From Candidatus Thorarchaeota archaeon (GTDB lineage Archaea > Asgardarchaeota > Thorarchaeia > Thorarchaeales > Thorarchaeaceae): a stretch of 64,000 nt of DNA. Every line of letters begins with the position of its first letter. Within the stretch, counting starts at the first letter, position 1. The translations under genes were made by a program, and so were the position numbers. Shown here in pieces: positions 28,956-38,780 of this stretch. Location: assembly GCA_048882485.1 (NCBI GenBank), contig JBHLRP010000004.1:32001-96000 (forward strand), given 5' to 3'. The notes under the pieces were generated by a model. That model ran no database searches. It saw nothing but the letters and a program-made list of their open reading frames with translations, and was not told the DNA's origin.

Positions 28956-31900
28956 ATGGCCACAACATCATCAAAGAAGTCGACGCCTGCAACCAAGCCA
29001 ACTGACGTCCTTGTCATTGGCGCCGGAATGGCTGGTATCAATGCAGCTCTTTCTCTAGCTGAAGGAGGACACCATGCGCATGTCATTGAGAAATCGGTGA
29101 ACATTGGCGGCAACTATGTGGCAGTGTACAAGATATTCCCAATGTTAGAATGCAGTGCATGCGTAATGACCCCACTGACCTCCTATGTAGGCAAACACCC
29201 CAACATCTCCGTTCATGCTCTTTCAACAGTTGAGAAAGTCACAGGCTCGCAGGGCAATTTCACAGTCACGGTGAGAAAGAAGGCACGCTATGTCAATGAG
29301 GAAACCTGCACAGGATGTCAGAAGTGCATTGCAAACTGTCCTGTCGAGGTGCCATCAGAGTACGACCACGGTCTTTCTCTGCGAAAGGCCATCTACATGA
29401 ACTTCCCTCAGCAGGTCCCTCTCGTCGCAACGATTGACAGGGAGAATTGTATTGGTTGTGGAACTTGCGCAGCGGTTTGTCCACAGGACTGCATCAGCTA
29501 CGATGATGAGGACAGGGTATTCGATATTAATGTGGGTTCGATTGTTGTTGCCACAGGATTTCAAGAATACAAGCCAGAAGACTATAGTGAGTATGGCTAT
29601 GGTGTCTTTCCGAACGTTGTCACAAGTCTGGAATATGATCGGATGACCCATCCGACAGGGCCTACTGACGCACATATGATTCGGCCGTCTGACGGGAAAG
29701 AGCCTGAGAAGATTCTGTTCATCAACTGTGTGGGAAGCAGGGATGTCCGTGAGAACATCGGAGGATACAGTAAGCACTGCAACAAGGTCTGCTGTTCATT
29801 TGGCCTTAAACTAGCTCAAGTCACACGGATGCATTATCCAGAGGACCACTGTGAGATAATCTACACCTACATGGACATGCGGACTGCTGGAAAGGCCCTA
29901 GAGGAGTTCCTATGGGACTCAGAACGAAATCATGCCATCAACTTCGTCCGAGGTCGAGTTGCAGAAGTTTCTGAAGACCCAGACACTCGCGACCTCTATG
30001 TCAAAATGGAGGATACTGAGAAAGGGGAAATCATCGAGATTGACAAAATCTCAATGGTCGTACTTAATGCAAGCTTCAGACCAAATAATGGACAAGAGGA
30101 ACTCGCAAAGATTCTGAAGATTGACATAGACGAGAATGGGTGGGTGAAGACTGCCCATGCGAACTCAGGCGGAGTAGAAACCACCAGAAAAGGAATCTTT
30201 GTTGCTGGCTGTGCAACGGGACCGAAGGATGGTACTGATAGTGTGAATGAAGGTAAAGGCGCGGGCATGGCATCTCACTCTCTTCTGCCGATACCAACGC
30301 CTGCAATACCTGAAGAGATTCCTCCAGCTGAACTTGGTGATGAGCCCCGTGTAGGCGTATTCATCTGTCATTGTGGCGGTATCATTGGCAATGTCATAGA
30401 TTCACCCCGACTGGCTGACTGGGCAAAGGAAATGCCAAATGTGGCGTATGCGACCGATTATCTATTCATGTGTTCAGACCCGGGACAGGAGTTGATTGTT
30501 GAAGCCATAAAAGAACACAAGTTGAACCGGATTGTGGTCGGATCATGTTCTCCGCTTCAACACCAGGAAACATTCAGAAGAGCCTTAATTGCCGCCGGTC
30601 TTTCACCCTATTACTTTGTTGGACCTGTTGGCCTTAGAGAACAGCTTTCTCTTGTAAATGCCAATGCACCTCTTGAGGAGCGTCAGGAAAAAGCTCAGGA
30701 CATGATTCGTAGTGCAGTGGCTCAGGCAGTGAATTCTGAAGTGGTTCCTGTCAAGGAGGTTGAGGTTACCCGAGTAAGCATGGTAGTCGGAGGCGGAGTA
30801 TCCGGAATGACTGCTGCACTGGACCTTGCTCGAAAAGGCTTTGATGTCATACTAGTGGAGAAACAAGACAAGCTTGGCGGTCGGTTAAACGACCTCCACC
30901 ATCTCTTCCCTAAAATGGAATCGGCAAAAGAGATTGTTGACAGATTGGTTGCAGAGGTAGAGAATGAGAAACGGATTAAGATCATACTCAACTCCAAGGT
31001 TGTGAGCCGTGATGGCTCATATGGCAATTATGACATCGAGGTCGAGCATGTAGAATCAGGTGAGAAGAATAACTATCGAATTGGATCGATGGTGGTGGCA
31101 ATTGGCACCGAAACCTATACTCCGAAGGATGGAGAGTATGGTTATGGCGAGGTCCCAGCTGTCATATCTACACTTGACCTTGAAAGAAAACTCAGAAATG
31201 GCGAACTCAAGAAAGCTCCAAAGAATCCTGTCTTCATTCACTGTGTGGGCTCCAGACAGAATCCAGGCGAAGGTTTCAGGCATTGCTCAAGAGTCTGCTG
31301 CTCAGCAATCGTCACCATGCAGCACGAGTTGAAGGAGCTGTTCCCTGAGATTAAGATCTTTTCAGCTTACAAGGAACATATTCGTCCGTACGCAAATGGA
31401 ATGGAAGAGATGTGGCGCGAAAACAGGCAGATGGGCGTATCCTATCTTCGTTGGGTCAGAGATAGACCAGTTACTGTTGAGAATGACCCAGGAAGCGGCG
31501 ATGCTATTGTCACAATCTATGACACCTTGGCGCAGGAAACCTTCAAGATAAAGTCAGACATGGTCGTCCTCGCTCTAGGCCTTCATGCTCCAGATGATGT
31601 TAATGAGCTGGCAAAGGCACTTGGGATAAATCGTGGAGCTGATGGATTCCTAGCAGAAATGCACATGAAATACCGTCCAGTAGAAACCACCGTGCCGGGA
31701 GTGTTTCTAGGTGTTACCTACGCTAAGAATGTTGCAGACTCGATAAACCAGGCCAGAGGTGCCGCAAGCGAAGCAGCAGTCCCGTTGAACCTAGGTACTG
31801 TGGGAATCGAGCTTGAAACTGCAGAGGTGGACCAAGACCTATGTGTGGGGTGTGACCTCTGTCACTATTCGGACATCTGCCCCTATGACGCAGTCTCAAT

Positions 31901-32060
31901 GATTGAGATTGAGCCAGGAGTCAAGAAGAGTGTCACTGATGAGATGCGCTGTGAAGGTTGTGGTGCCTGTACTGCAATCTGTCCTACTGGAGCTCGCGAC
32001 CTACGATGGTGGCGTGAGGGCAGCTTCATGGAACAGATTGAAGAGATGCTCAAGGAGTGA
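28956..32060 (+). CDS. hdrA: Heterodisulfide reductase subunit A-like protein, tandem two-FAD-module form
   Basis: GAGMAG and GGGVSG FAD motifs, KIFPMLECSAC, CVGSR, CCS, VGVFICHCG, ferredoxin inserts. Confidence 0.9.
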   Translation: MATTSSKKSTPATKPTDVLVIGAGMAGINAALSLAEGGHHAHVIEKSVNIGGNYVAVYKIFPMLECSACVMTPLTSYVGKHPNISVHALSTVEKVTGSQGNFTVTVRKKARYVNEETCTGCQKCIANCPVEVPSEYDHGLSLRKAIYMNFPQQVPLVATIDRENCIGCGTCAAVCPQDCISYDDEDRVFDINVGSIVVATGFQEYKPEDYSEYGYGVFPNVVTSLEYDRMTHPTGPTDAHMIRPSDGKEPEKILFINCVGSRDVRENIGGYSKHCNKVCCSFGLKLAQVTRMHYPEDHCEIIYTYMDMRTAGKALEEFLWDSERNHAINFVRGRVAEVSEDPDTRDLYVKMEDTEKGEIIEIDKISMVVLNASFRPNNGQEELAKILKIDIDENGWVKTAHANSGGVETTRKGIFVAGCATGPKDGTDSVNEGKGAGMASHSLLPIPTPAIPEEIPPAELGDEPRVGVFICHCGGIIGNVIDSPRLADWAKEMPNVAYATDYLFMCSDPGQELIVEAIKEHKLNRIVVGSCSPLQHQETFRRALIAAGLSPYYFVGPVGLREQLSLVNANAPLEERQEKAQDMIRSAVAQAVNSEVVPVKEVEVTRVSMVVGGGVSGMTAALDLARKGFDVILVEKQDKLGGRLNDLHHLFPKMESAKEIVDRLVAEVENEKRIKIILNSKVVSRDGSYGNYDIEVEHVESGEKNNYRIGSMVVAIGTETYTPKDGEYGYGEVPAVISTLDLERKLRNGELKKAPKNPVFIHCVGSRQNPGEGFRHCSRVCCSAIVTMQHELKELFPEIKIFSAYKEHIRPYANGMEEMWRENRQMGVSYLRWVRDRPVTVENDPGSGDAIVTIYDTLAQETFKIKSDMVVLALGLHAPDDVNELAKALGINRGADGFLAEMHMKYRPVETTVPGVFLGVTYAKNVADSINQARGAASEAAVPLNLGTVGIELETAEVDQDLCVGCDLCHYSDICPYDAVSMIEIEPGVKKSVTDEMRCEGCGACTAICPTGARDLRWWREGSFMEQIEEMLKE

Positions 32061-32632
32061 GCACCTTGGTGAATATTGACGGCCTTCGTGCAGGATGGAC
32101 CGTGTTGAATGACCTTCTGGGAGAGCTCAGAGCAAAGCATGTGTTCATCCCAGACCTCACCTATGCAGACCTGCGTAACTCAAAGATGGTGATAGAGTAT
32201 CTCTCAAGTTTTGAAGGCGACCTCAGAAGCTCAGACCATGCAGATGAGAAACTCAGGGTCGAGATGGAAACAAAGATCATGAGCCTTCGTGAAACCCTGA
32301 TGGTGTGGGCTGAAGAGAGGGATGGCGTCGGATATAGACAGGTCTGGGAAGACAAATTTCAGCGTGCCTTGGATGGGAAAGCCGAGTATGTTGAGGAGGA
32401 GAAGACTCCAATCTCCGATATACCTAGGGAGAAGGATATAGGCTTCTTTAGAATCAGACTTCCAGATGAGATTCCAGTTGAAATCATATCAGAATTGGCT
32501 GAAGACTGCGGAGTACTCATATCCCTAGACGGCGATAGACATCTGCAGGTTAGTGGAAAGAAAGACTGTGTCAGGGATGCGATGAAACGACTTGGTGAAA
32601 TATTCTATGGAGATAGTAAGCTGAGGAAATAG
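32057..32632 (+). CDS. DUF2096-like protein
   Basis: W.VL.DLL.EL...DLRNSK..I N-terminus; GTGA overlap with the hdrA stop. Confidence 0.6.
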   Translation: MSTLVNIDGLRAGWTVLNDLLGELRAKHVFIPDLTYADLRNSKMVIEYLSSFEGDLRSSDHADEKLRVEMETKIMSLRETLMVWAEERDGVGYRQVWEDKFQRALDGKAEYVEEEKTPISDIPREKDIGFFRIRLPDEIPVEIISELAEDCGVLISLDGDRHLQVSGKKDCVRDAMKRLGEIFYGDSKLRK

Positions 32633-32684
32633 CATCTCCTCAAATGTCACTCTTTATCTGTTCGCTCATCCTCGGATAATTTGT

Positions 32685-33590
32685 ATGGCCATTGAACACT
32701 CGGATAGATTGGAGCGCGCGAAGCTCTCACTCATTGGATTATCAGTTGGAGATGCCTTTGGAGAGAGTTTCTTCGACTCTCACCCTCAATTGGTGAATCG
32801 GATAGCTGAACGCAGGATTCCGCCGGGTAGATGGCCATTTACTGATGATACGATGATGGCTTTATCGATAGTTTCTGTTCTGAAGGAATACAAGGAGATT
32901 AACCAAGACGCGCTAGCGGCAAGCTTTGCGAGAAACTTCGATCCAGTTCGGGGCTATGGCCTGGCAATGCATCATGCACTGCCGAGGATGGCTGCTGGAG
33001 AGAGATGGTCCTCCGTGGCATCCAACCTGTTTGGTGGAGAGGGCTCTTTCGGGAATGGAGCGTCAATGCGAGTGGCACCAGTGGGTGGATATTTCGCTGA
33101 TGACATTCTTGAGGCAAGAAGGAATGCAGCCTTGTCCGCGGAGGTCACACATACACATCCTGAAGCTGCAGCAGGTGCTATAGCAGTTGGACTAGCTGCT
33201 GCTTGGGCTGCCAGAATGAGCAATACCGAAGTCCCAACACCTGGCGAATTCATTGAAAAAGTAGTGAAGGGAGTACCTGATAGTATGACTAGGAGAGGAA
33301 TTCTGAAAGCACAGGAAGTTCCTCCTCTTGCTACCCCTTCTGATGCTGCCGCCATTCTGGGGTGTGGGCAACAGATTACGACTCAGGACACTGTCCCATT
33401 TGTCATTTGGTGCGCTGCACATTATTTGGAAGACTATGAAAATGCCCTCTGGAACACTGTAAGTGCGTTTGGGGATATGGATACGACATGTGCAATGGTT
33501 GGTGGTATTGTAGTTCTGTATTCTGGAATAGAAGGCATACCTAAGCAATGGCTGGTACAGCGAGAAGCCCTTCCAGATCTGCCAATCTAG
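32685..33590 (+). CDS. ADP-ribosylglycohydrolase family protein
   Basis: VGDAFG, TDDT, GNGASMR, THTHP, GDMDT. Confidence 0.92.
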   Translation: MAIEHSDRLERAKLSLIGLSVGDAFGESFFDSHPQLVNRIAERRIPPGRWPFTDDTMMALSIVSVLKEYKEINQDALAASFARNFDPVRGYGLAMHHALPRMAAGERWSSVASNLFGGEGSFGNGASMRVAPVGGYFADDILEARRNAALSAEVTHTHPEAAAGAIAVGLAAAWAARMSNTEVPTPGEFIEKVVKGVPDSMTRRGILKAQEVPPLATPSDAAAILGCGQQITTQDTVPFVIWCAAHYLEDYENALWNTVSAFGDMDTTCAMVGGIVVLYSGIEGIPKQWLVQREALPDLPI

Positions 33591-34471
33591 ATGCCAAGAA
33601 TGCCACTAATCGGGTCCAAAGAGATTCTATTCAGCTCAAGGCCCAGCTGTTCCTGATCAAGACCCATCGCTAGCCCGAGAATCTGAGTGACAAACATGGC
33701 TGGGAGTTCGAGCGACTCGCCATTATCATCCTTCACCCCAATCAACTGCACATCAAACTGTGTATGGCACGCTGGACAGTTGGTCACGAGAACATTGGCT
33801 TGGCTTTCTTTCGCCGAGATCATCTTGTCCTTCAGAACATCTGTAGCTACTTCTTCACTTGCAATCAAAAGAGGGGAACCACAGCAGTTGATCTTTGCAC
33901 CCCAAGGAACGCTTTGTGCACCAGTGAGTTCAAGGAGTTCGTCTACCTTTCTTGGGAGTTCTGGATCATCGAAACCTGCAACATTTGATGGACGAATGAG
34001 ATGACATCCGGGGTGAAATGCAATTCTGAGCCCAGTGAGGGGTTTCACAATCCTTGACTTGATATCATCTTTCATGTCATAGAGGACCTCTACAAAATGG
34101 CGTATCTTGGTCTTTCCTGTGTACTCGAGCCCCAGAGTCTTTAGGGCGCCATTGACTTTCTTTCGATAGGTTTCGTCATCATGCAATACATGGTCCGTGT
34201 CTTTTAGTGAACCAAAACATCCGTTGCAGGGAGTGACGATATCATGACCTCTGCTCTCTGCTAGAGCAATGTTCCTGCCCGACATAGAGAGCCAACTAGT
34301 TTCATCAATTGACTTCAGGACAACCGTACCGCAGCAGGATGCGCCTTCGAAGTCAATGAGTTTCACACCGAGTTCCTTGGCTACTGCACGCATCGAGGCC
34401 TCATAGTTGTTGAAGCGGTTGGGGATTGCGCACCCTAGGAATACTTCGTAGGTCTGGGCCATCTCACTCAC
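33587..34471 (-). CDS. hdrB: Heterodisulfide reductase subunit B
   Basis: FLGC, SCCG, CNGC, HPGCH, CCG, CPAC (two CCG domains). Confidence 0.92.
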   Translation of the reverse strand: MSEMAQTYEVFLGCAIPNRFNNYEASMRAVAKELGVKLIDFEGASCCGTVVLKSIDETSWLSMSGRNIALAESRGHDIVTPCNGCFGSLKDTDHVLHDDETYRKKVNGALKTLGLEYTGKTKIRHFVEVLYDMKDDIKSRIVKPLTGLRIAFHPGCHLIRPSNVAGFDDPELPRKVDELLELTGAQSVPWGAKINCCGSPLLIASEEVATDVLKDKMISAKESQANVLVTNCPACHTQFDVQLIGVKDDNGESLELPAMFVTQILGLAMGLDQEQLGLELNRISLDPISGILGI

Positions 34472-34982
34472 TCTCCTCCAACTTCATTAGACCCATTTTG
34501 TCCAAGACTTTACGTGTGTCCTCGACATTCAGCTCTGGCACGTCATCGAGCTCTAGGTCCTCACGTTCCCATTCAGTAGGTTCGTACAGTTTGCCAGTGT
34601 CATAGAGTGACTTTCTTGCAGCGACATAGCCAGGTGGTGCCATTTTCTTCTTGAATGCCATGTTCTTTAGGCCAAAGATGATGTCAGTGATGTCTATGCC
34701 TTGAGGGCATCGCTCCTGACAGGTATAACAGGTCGTGCACAACCATACCATGTCGGTTTCTAGGACTTCTTTTAGTCCAAAGAGAAGCATCCGCATCAAC
34801 TCGTGCACTTGGATGTTCACCTTGTCACTCACTGGACAGCCAGCACTGCACTTGGCGCACTGGAAGCATGCGGTGAGGTCTTTTCCACCAAGCAGTCCGG
34901 AGACCTCCTTTGTAAACTCCGCATCTAGAGCCTCGAACTTCTTTCCCTCAAAAGACTTGAACTGGCCCCACGACTCTGTCAT
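34464..34982 (-). CDS. hdrC: Heterodisulfide reductase subunit C
   Basis: CFQCAKCSAGCP, WLCTTCYTCQERCP. Confidence 0.92.
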   Translation of the reverse strand: MTESWGQFKSFEGKKFEALDAEFTKEVSGLLGGKDLTACFQCAKCSAGCPVSDKVNIQVHELMRMLLFGLKEVLETDMVWLCTTCYTCQERCPQGIDITDIIFGLKNMAFKKKMAPPGYVAARKSLYDTGKLYEPTEWEREDLELDDVPELNVEDTRKVLDKMGLMKLEESE

Positions 34983-34985
34983 ATC

Positions 34986-37900
34986 TTATCGCCTCCTAGG
35001 TCTGAGCGGGCTTGGGCCCAGTTTATCAGCGACTTCAGTCAGCTTCTTCACAGTTTCCGCCCAGATTGGGCCTTCGCTGGCACTTATTTGGGTGAACTGG
35101 AGCCTCTCAGGCTCGAGACCTGCTTTCTCAAGAATCTTCCTTGCAATGGCAAACCTTCGCTCAAAGGACACGTTCCCATCGACATAGTGACAGTCCCCGA
35201 AGTGGCAGCCCGAAACCCACACCATGTCAGCTCCCATTCTGAAAGCCTCCAGCATGTGAGTCACGCTGACTCGGCCTGTGCACATCACCCGGATGTCACG
35301 GACCGTGGTCGGCTGTTGGAACCTTGAAACACCTGCACTGTCAGCACCTGCATACGAACACCAATTACAGAGGATCGTCACTATCCTCGACTCAGTGGCT
35401 GGCATGTCCTCCAAAGATGAACGAATCTGAGCCAGTATCTGGTCGTCAGTGAAGTGCTTCATTGTGATGGCTCCGGCGGGGCATCCGGCAGCGCATTTAC
35501 CGCATCCAGCACAGAGAACCGGATTGGAAACTGCATAATCAGAGCCGCCGTCACCAGGCACGACCTCAATTGCATTGTAAGCACAGTTTATCTCACACGT
35601 ACCGCAACCAACGCAGACTTCAGGGTCAACAACAGAAACGATAGCTTCAGCCTTCCGGATGCCGCTGGCTAGAGGTATTAGTGCTCTTGATGCAGCACCT
35701 CGACCTTGAGCTACGGATTCAGCAATTGTCTTTGGAGCAGTAGCAGTCCCAGCGACATAAACACCATCTGTCTGGAAATCTACTGGTCTGAGCTTTGGAT
35801 GCGCCTCCATGAAGAACCCAGACATATTGAGTGGGACCTTGAATAGCTCAGAGATCTCCTTGTTCTTCTCCCGTGGAATCATAGCAGTTGAGAGAACAAC
35901 ATGGTCAACATCAAATGCCACCTCAGCACCGAAGACTTGGTCCATGACCTCTACACGTAGCGCCTTGTCCTTGCCTTTCTTCACGCTGGGTGGACTAGCC
36001 TGATCAAACCTGAGAAATACAACTCCCTTCTCTCGAGCCTCTCTGTATTTGTCCTCGTCCTCATAGGACACCCTGATGTCACGATAGAGATGGAAGACTC
36101 TCGAGTTGGGATACTTATCAAGCAGTTCTAGTGTGTGCTCTAGGGCGATTTTACAGCATATTCCTGAACACCAGGTCCGGCCACCTTCGAGGGACTCCTC
36201 TTCGCGAGAACCTGCACAATGAATGACCGCAAAGGTCTGACCGTCCTCGATTCCTTCACCGTCTGCTGTCTTGTGATTGAACTCGACCTCCGTGATAACA
36301 TTGTCCAGCTTCTTCAGGCCGTAAAGACCCTTTTCAGTGAGTTCAGTGGCACCTGTGGCAACAATGACAACTCCGACCTTGACCTCTTGCTTCTCCTTTC
36401 CTGTCTTTATAGTGATATCAAAATCACCAATTGAGCCCTTAGCATCAGTCACTTCGGAGTTCATCATCAACTGGATGTTCGGATTGCCTGTGACGGCCGC
36501 CTCGAACTCCTTCACTATCTCTGCGCTTGGTCTGTGATCAAAATTGACTGTTCGGAGCTCATTCAGAAAGCCTCCGACCTTGTCCTCCTTCTCGACAAGA
36601 ACCACCTTGAATCCCTTCTGAGCGATAAGGTCGGCTGCAGCCATTCCAGATACTCCGGCACCAATGACCAGGACAGTTGGTTCAATCTGGGTGACTGCTT
36701 CTTCCTGAGCCTCCAGAAGTCTTGCTCGTGCCACGGACATTCGTACAAGGTCGTTTGCCTTGGATGTTGCCTCATCCTTTGCAGCCTGATGCACCCATGA
36801 ACAGTGTTCTCTGATGTTTGCGAGCTCAAACAGATACTTGTTGAGGCCAGCTTCTTCGATTGTGGCACGGAACAGAGGCTCATGCGTTCGGGGCGTGCAA
36901 GAGGCGACAACCAAGCGGTTCAGGTTATGTTCCTTGATAGCTTCCTTGATTACATCTTGAGCGTCTGATGAACATGAGTAGAGAAGGTTCTCTGAATAGA
37001 CTACACCGGGGAGAGTACTTGCGTACTCTGTGACTTCTGCAACATCAACAGTTCCAGCGATGTTGATTCCACACGAGCAAATGATCACGCCAATCCGCGG
37101 CTCTGCAGCTATGAGTTCGAAGTCTGCTTCAGTAAGGGCTTCGCTCTCTGACGCTTCAGGCAAGACAATATCCATTGCAGCCATTGCCGCTGCTGCGCTC
37201 CCCTGAGCTACAGAGTCAGGGATATCCTTGGGGAAATTGCATGCTCCACACATGTGCACACCAGGAACGCCTGTCTGAACCGAATCGACTCCATCTCCCT
37301 TGCCTTTGATGAACCCATACTGATCTAGTTCAATCCCCAGCTTCTCCATTAATTCTGAATTCTTGTTTGGCACCATAGCAGGGCAAAGGACCACAAGGTC
37401 GTAACTGTCCTTCAAGATCTCGTGTCCCTTTGCATCACTGTGACGGACGATTAGGTTCTGGGTTTCAGGCTCCTCAGTGATGTAGCTGGGCAGGCCCTTG
37501 ACATAGTTTATCCCATACTCTGTTTCTCCTCTAACCACAAACTCTTCGAAACCCTTTCCAAAAGCTCTCATGTCATTGTATAGGATGTCAATATGTACCT
37601 CAGGAGTATGCTCTTTGGTGATGATCGCTTCTTTGGTAGCATACGTACAACATATTCTCGAACAATATGCGCAGTGGTTTGCATCTCGGCTACCGACGCA
37701 TTGAATAAACGCAATATGATGAGGCTCCTTTCCGTCGGAGGGGCGCATAACAATCCCTTTTGTGGGACCACTGGCTGAGACCATTCGTTCATACTCAAGT
37801 GCGGTCACAACATTTGGAAATCGACCATACCCATACTCCGGGACTGAGGATGCATCAAGTAGGTCATACCCCGTGGCAACAATTATCGACCCTGCATTGA

Positions 37901-38444
37901 TATTCACAATCTCATCAGGAATCTCAAAATCAATGGCCTCTGCCTTGCAGGTCTTAACGCAGGTCATGCACTCAATACAGTTCTCCATATCAATAGTAGC
38001 AATGTTAGGTACGGCTTGAGGAAACGGAATATAGGCCGCCTTTCTCATCTTCAGACCCATGTCATACTCGTTTCTCACTTCGATAGGACAGACACGCTCG
38101 CAGTCACCGCACCCAGTGCACTTGTCCAAGTCCACCCTTCTTGTGTGCTTCATAACCTTGACCATGAAATTACCAGGCTCTCCAGAAACATCAGTGACTT
38201 CCGAATATGCTAGTAGCTCAATATTGCGATGACGAGAACAATCAACCATCCATGGACCTTGAATGCACATTGAACAGTCAAGTGTGGGGAATGTCTTGTC
38301 CAGTTGGGACATATGACCTCCAATTGAGGGATTCTTCTCGACCATATAGACTTGGACGCCCATTTCAGCGAGGTCAAGTGCAGCTCGCATTCCTGCAATA
38401 CCCGCGCCGATGATGACAACTGGCTTTGTAGCAGACTCGGCCAT
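34986..38444 (-). CDS. hdrA: Tandem-module HdrA fused to C-terminal MvhD
   Basis: KTFPTLDCSMC, GKGFEEF, CSCG, CTPRTHE, REHCSWVH, second FAD motif; MvhD motifs CNWCSY, RVMCTGR, GCHFGDCHY. Confidence 0.95.
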   Translation of the reverse strand: MAESATKPVVIIGAGIAGMRAALDLAEMGVQVYMVEKNPSIGGHMSQLDKTFPTLDCSMCIQGPWMVDCSRHRNIELLAYSEVTDVSGEPGNFMVKVMKHTRRVDLDKCTGCGDCERVCPIEVRNEYDMGLKMRKAAYIPFPQAVPNIATIDMENCIECMTCVKTCKAEAIDFEIPDEIVNINAGSIIVATGYDLLDASSVPEYGYGRFPNVVTALEYERMVSASGPTKGIVMRPSDGKEPHHIAFIQCVGSRDANHCAYCSRICCTYATKEAIITKEHTPEVHIDILYNDMRAFGKGFEEFVVRGETEYGINYVKGLPSYITEEPETQNLIVRHSDAKGHEILKDSYDLVVLCPAMVPNKNSELMEKLGIELDQYGFIKGKGDGVDSVQTGVPGVHMCGACNFPKDIPDSVAQGSAAAAMAAMDIVLPEASESEALTEADFELIAAEPRIGVIICSCGINIAGTVDVAEVTEYASTLPGVVYSENLLYSCSSDAQDVIKEAIKEHNLNRLVVASCTPRTHEPLFRATIEEAGLNKYLFELANIREHCSWVHQAAKDEATSKANDLVRMSVARARLLEAQEEAVTQIEPTVLVIGAGVSGMAAADLIAQKGFKVVLVEKEDKVGGFLNELRTVNFDHRPSAEIVKEFEAAVTGNPNIQLMMNSEVTDAKGSIGDFDITIKTGKEKQEVKVGVVIVATGATELTEKGLYGLKKLDNVITEVEFNHKTADGEGIEDGQTFAVIHCAGSREEESLEGGRTWCSGICCKIALEHTLELLDKYPNSRVFHLYRDIRVSYEDEDKYREAREKGVVFLRFDQASPPSVKKGKDKALRVEVMDQVFGAEVAFDVDHVVLSTAMIPREKNKEISELFKVPLNMSGFFMEAHPKLRPVDFQTDGVYVAGTATAPKTIAESVAQGRGAASRALIPLASGIRKAEAIVSVVDPEVCVGCGTCEINCAYNAIEVVPGDGGSDYAVSNPVLCAGCGKCAAGCPAGAITMKHFTDDQILAQIRSSLEDMPATESRIVTILCNWCSYAGADSAGVSRFQQPTTVRDIRVMCTGRVSVTHMLEAFRMGADMVWVSGCHFGDCHYVDGNVSFERRFAIARKILEKAGLEPERLQFTQISASEGPIWAETVKKLTEVADKLGPSPLRPRRR

Positions 38445-38545
38445 TCGTTAGTCCACTCCGACGTAACAATGCGCATCGGTTCAATGGCATGATAAAATGT
38501 TTGTTATCGGACGATGAAATCAGACCCATAGGTTTCGAGCCCAGG

Positions 38546-38770
38546 CTATTCGAGTAGTCCTATGATTTGTGGACTCTTTGGAATGAGGGCTCTCTGAATC
38601 CTGATGGCACGCACTGGGCATTGAAACTCACAAGAGGTGCAATCAATGCATCTTTTCGCATTTACAAGCTCAGCCTTCCTTTTACTCTGGCTGAACCCCC
38701 AGACTCCTCTTGGGCACACCTTCAAGCAGTCTTGGCAACCGGAACAGGCCTCATAGTCATAAATTATCAT
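38546..38770 (-). CDS. 2x[4Fe-4S] ferredoxin in the HgcB-like position
   Basis: CSGCQDCLKVCP and CIDCTSCEFQCP; ATG 38770 with GAGGTG SD overlapping the upstream stop. Confidence 0.88.
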   Translation of the reverse strand: MIIYDYEACSGCQDCLKVCPRGVWGFSQSKRKAELVNAKRCIDCTSCEFQCPVRAIRIQRALIPKSPQIIGLLE

Positions 38771-38780
38771 GTCATTCACC

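Noticed and set aside
28956-38444. Selenocysteine (in-frame TGA) in HdrA or MvhD
   Set aside because: Both ORFs are uninterrupted and the Sec-prone positions are Cys (ECSAC, DCSMC, CNWC, GCH..DCHY).
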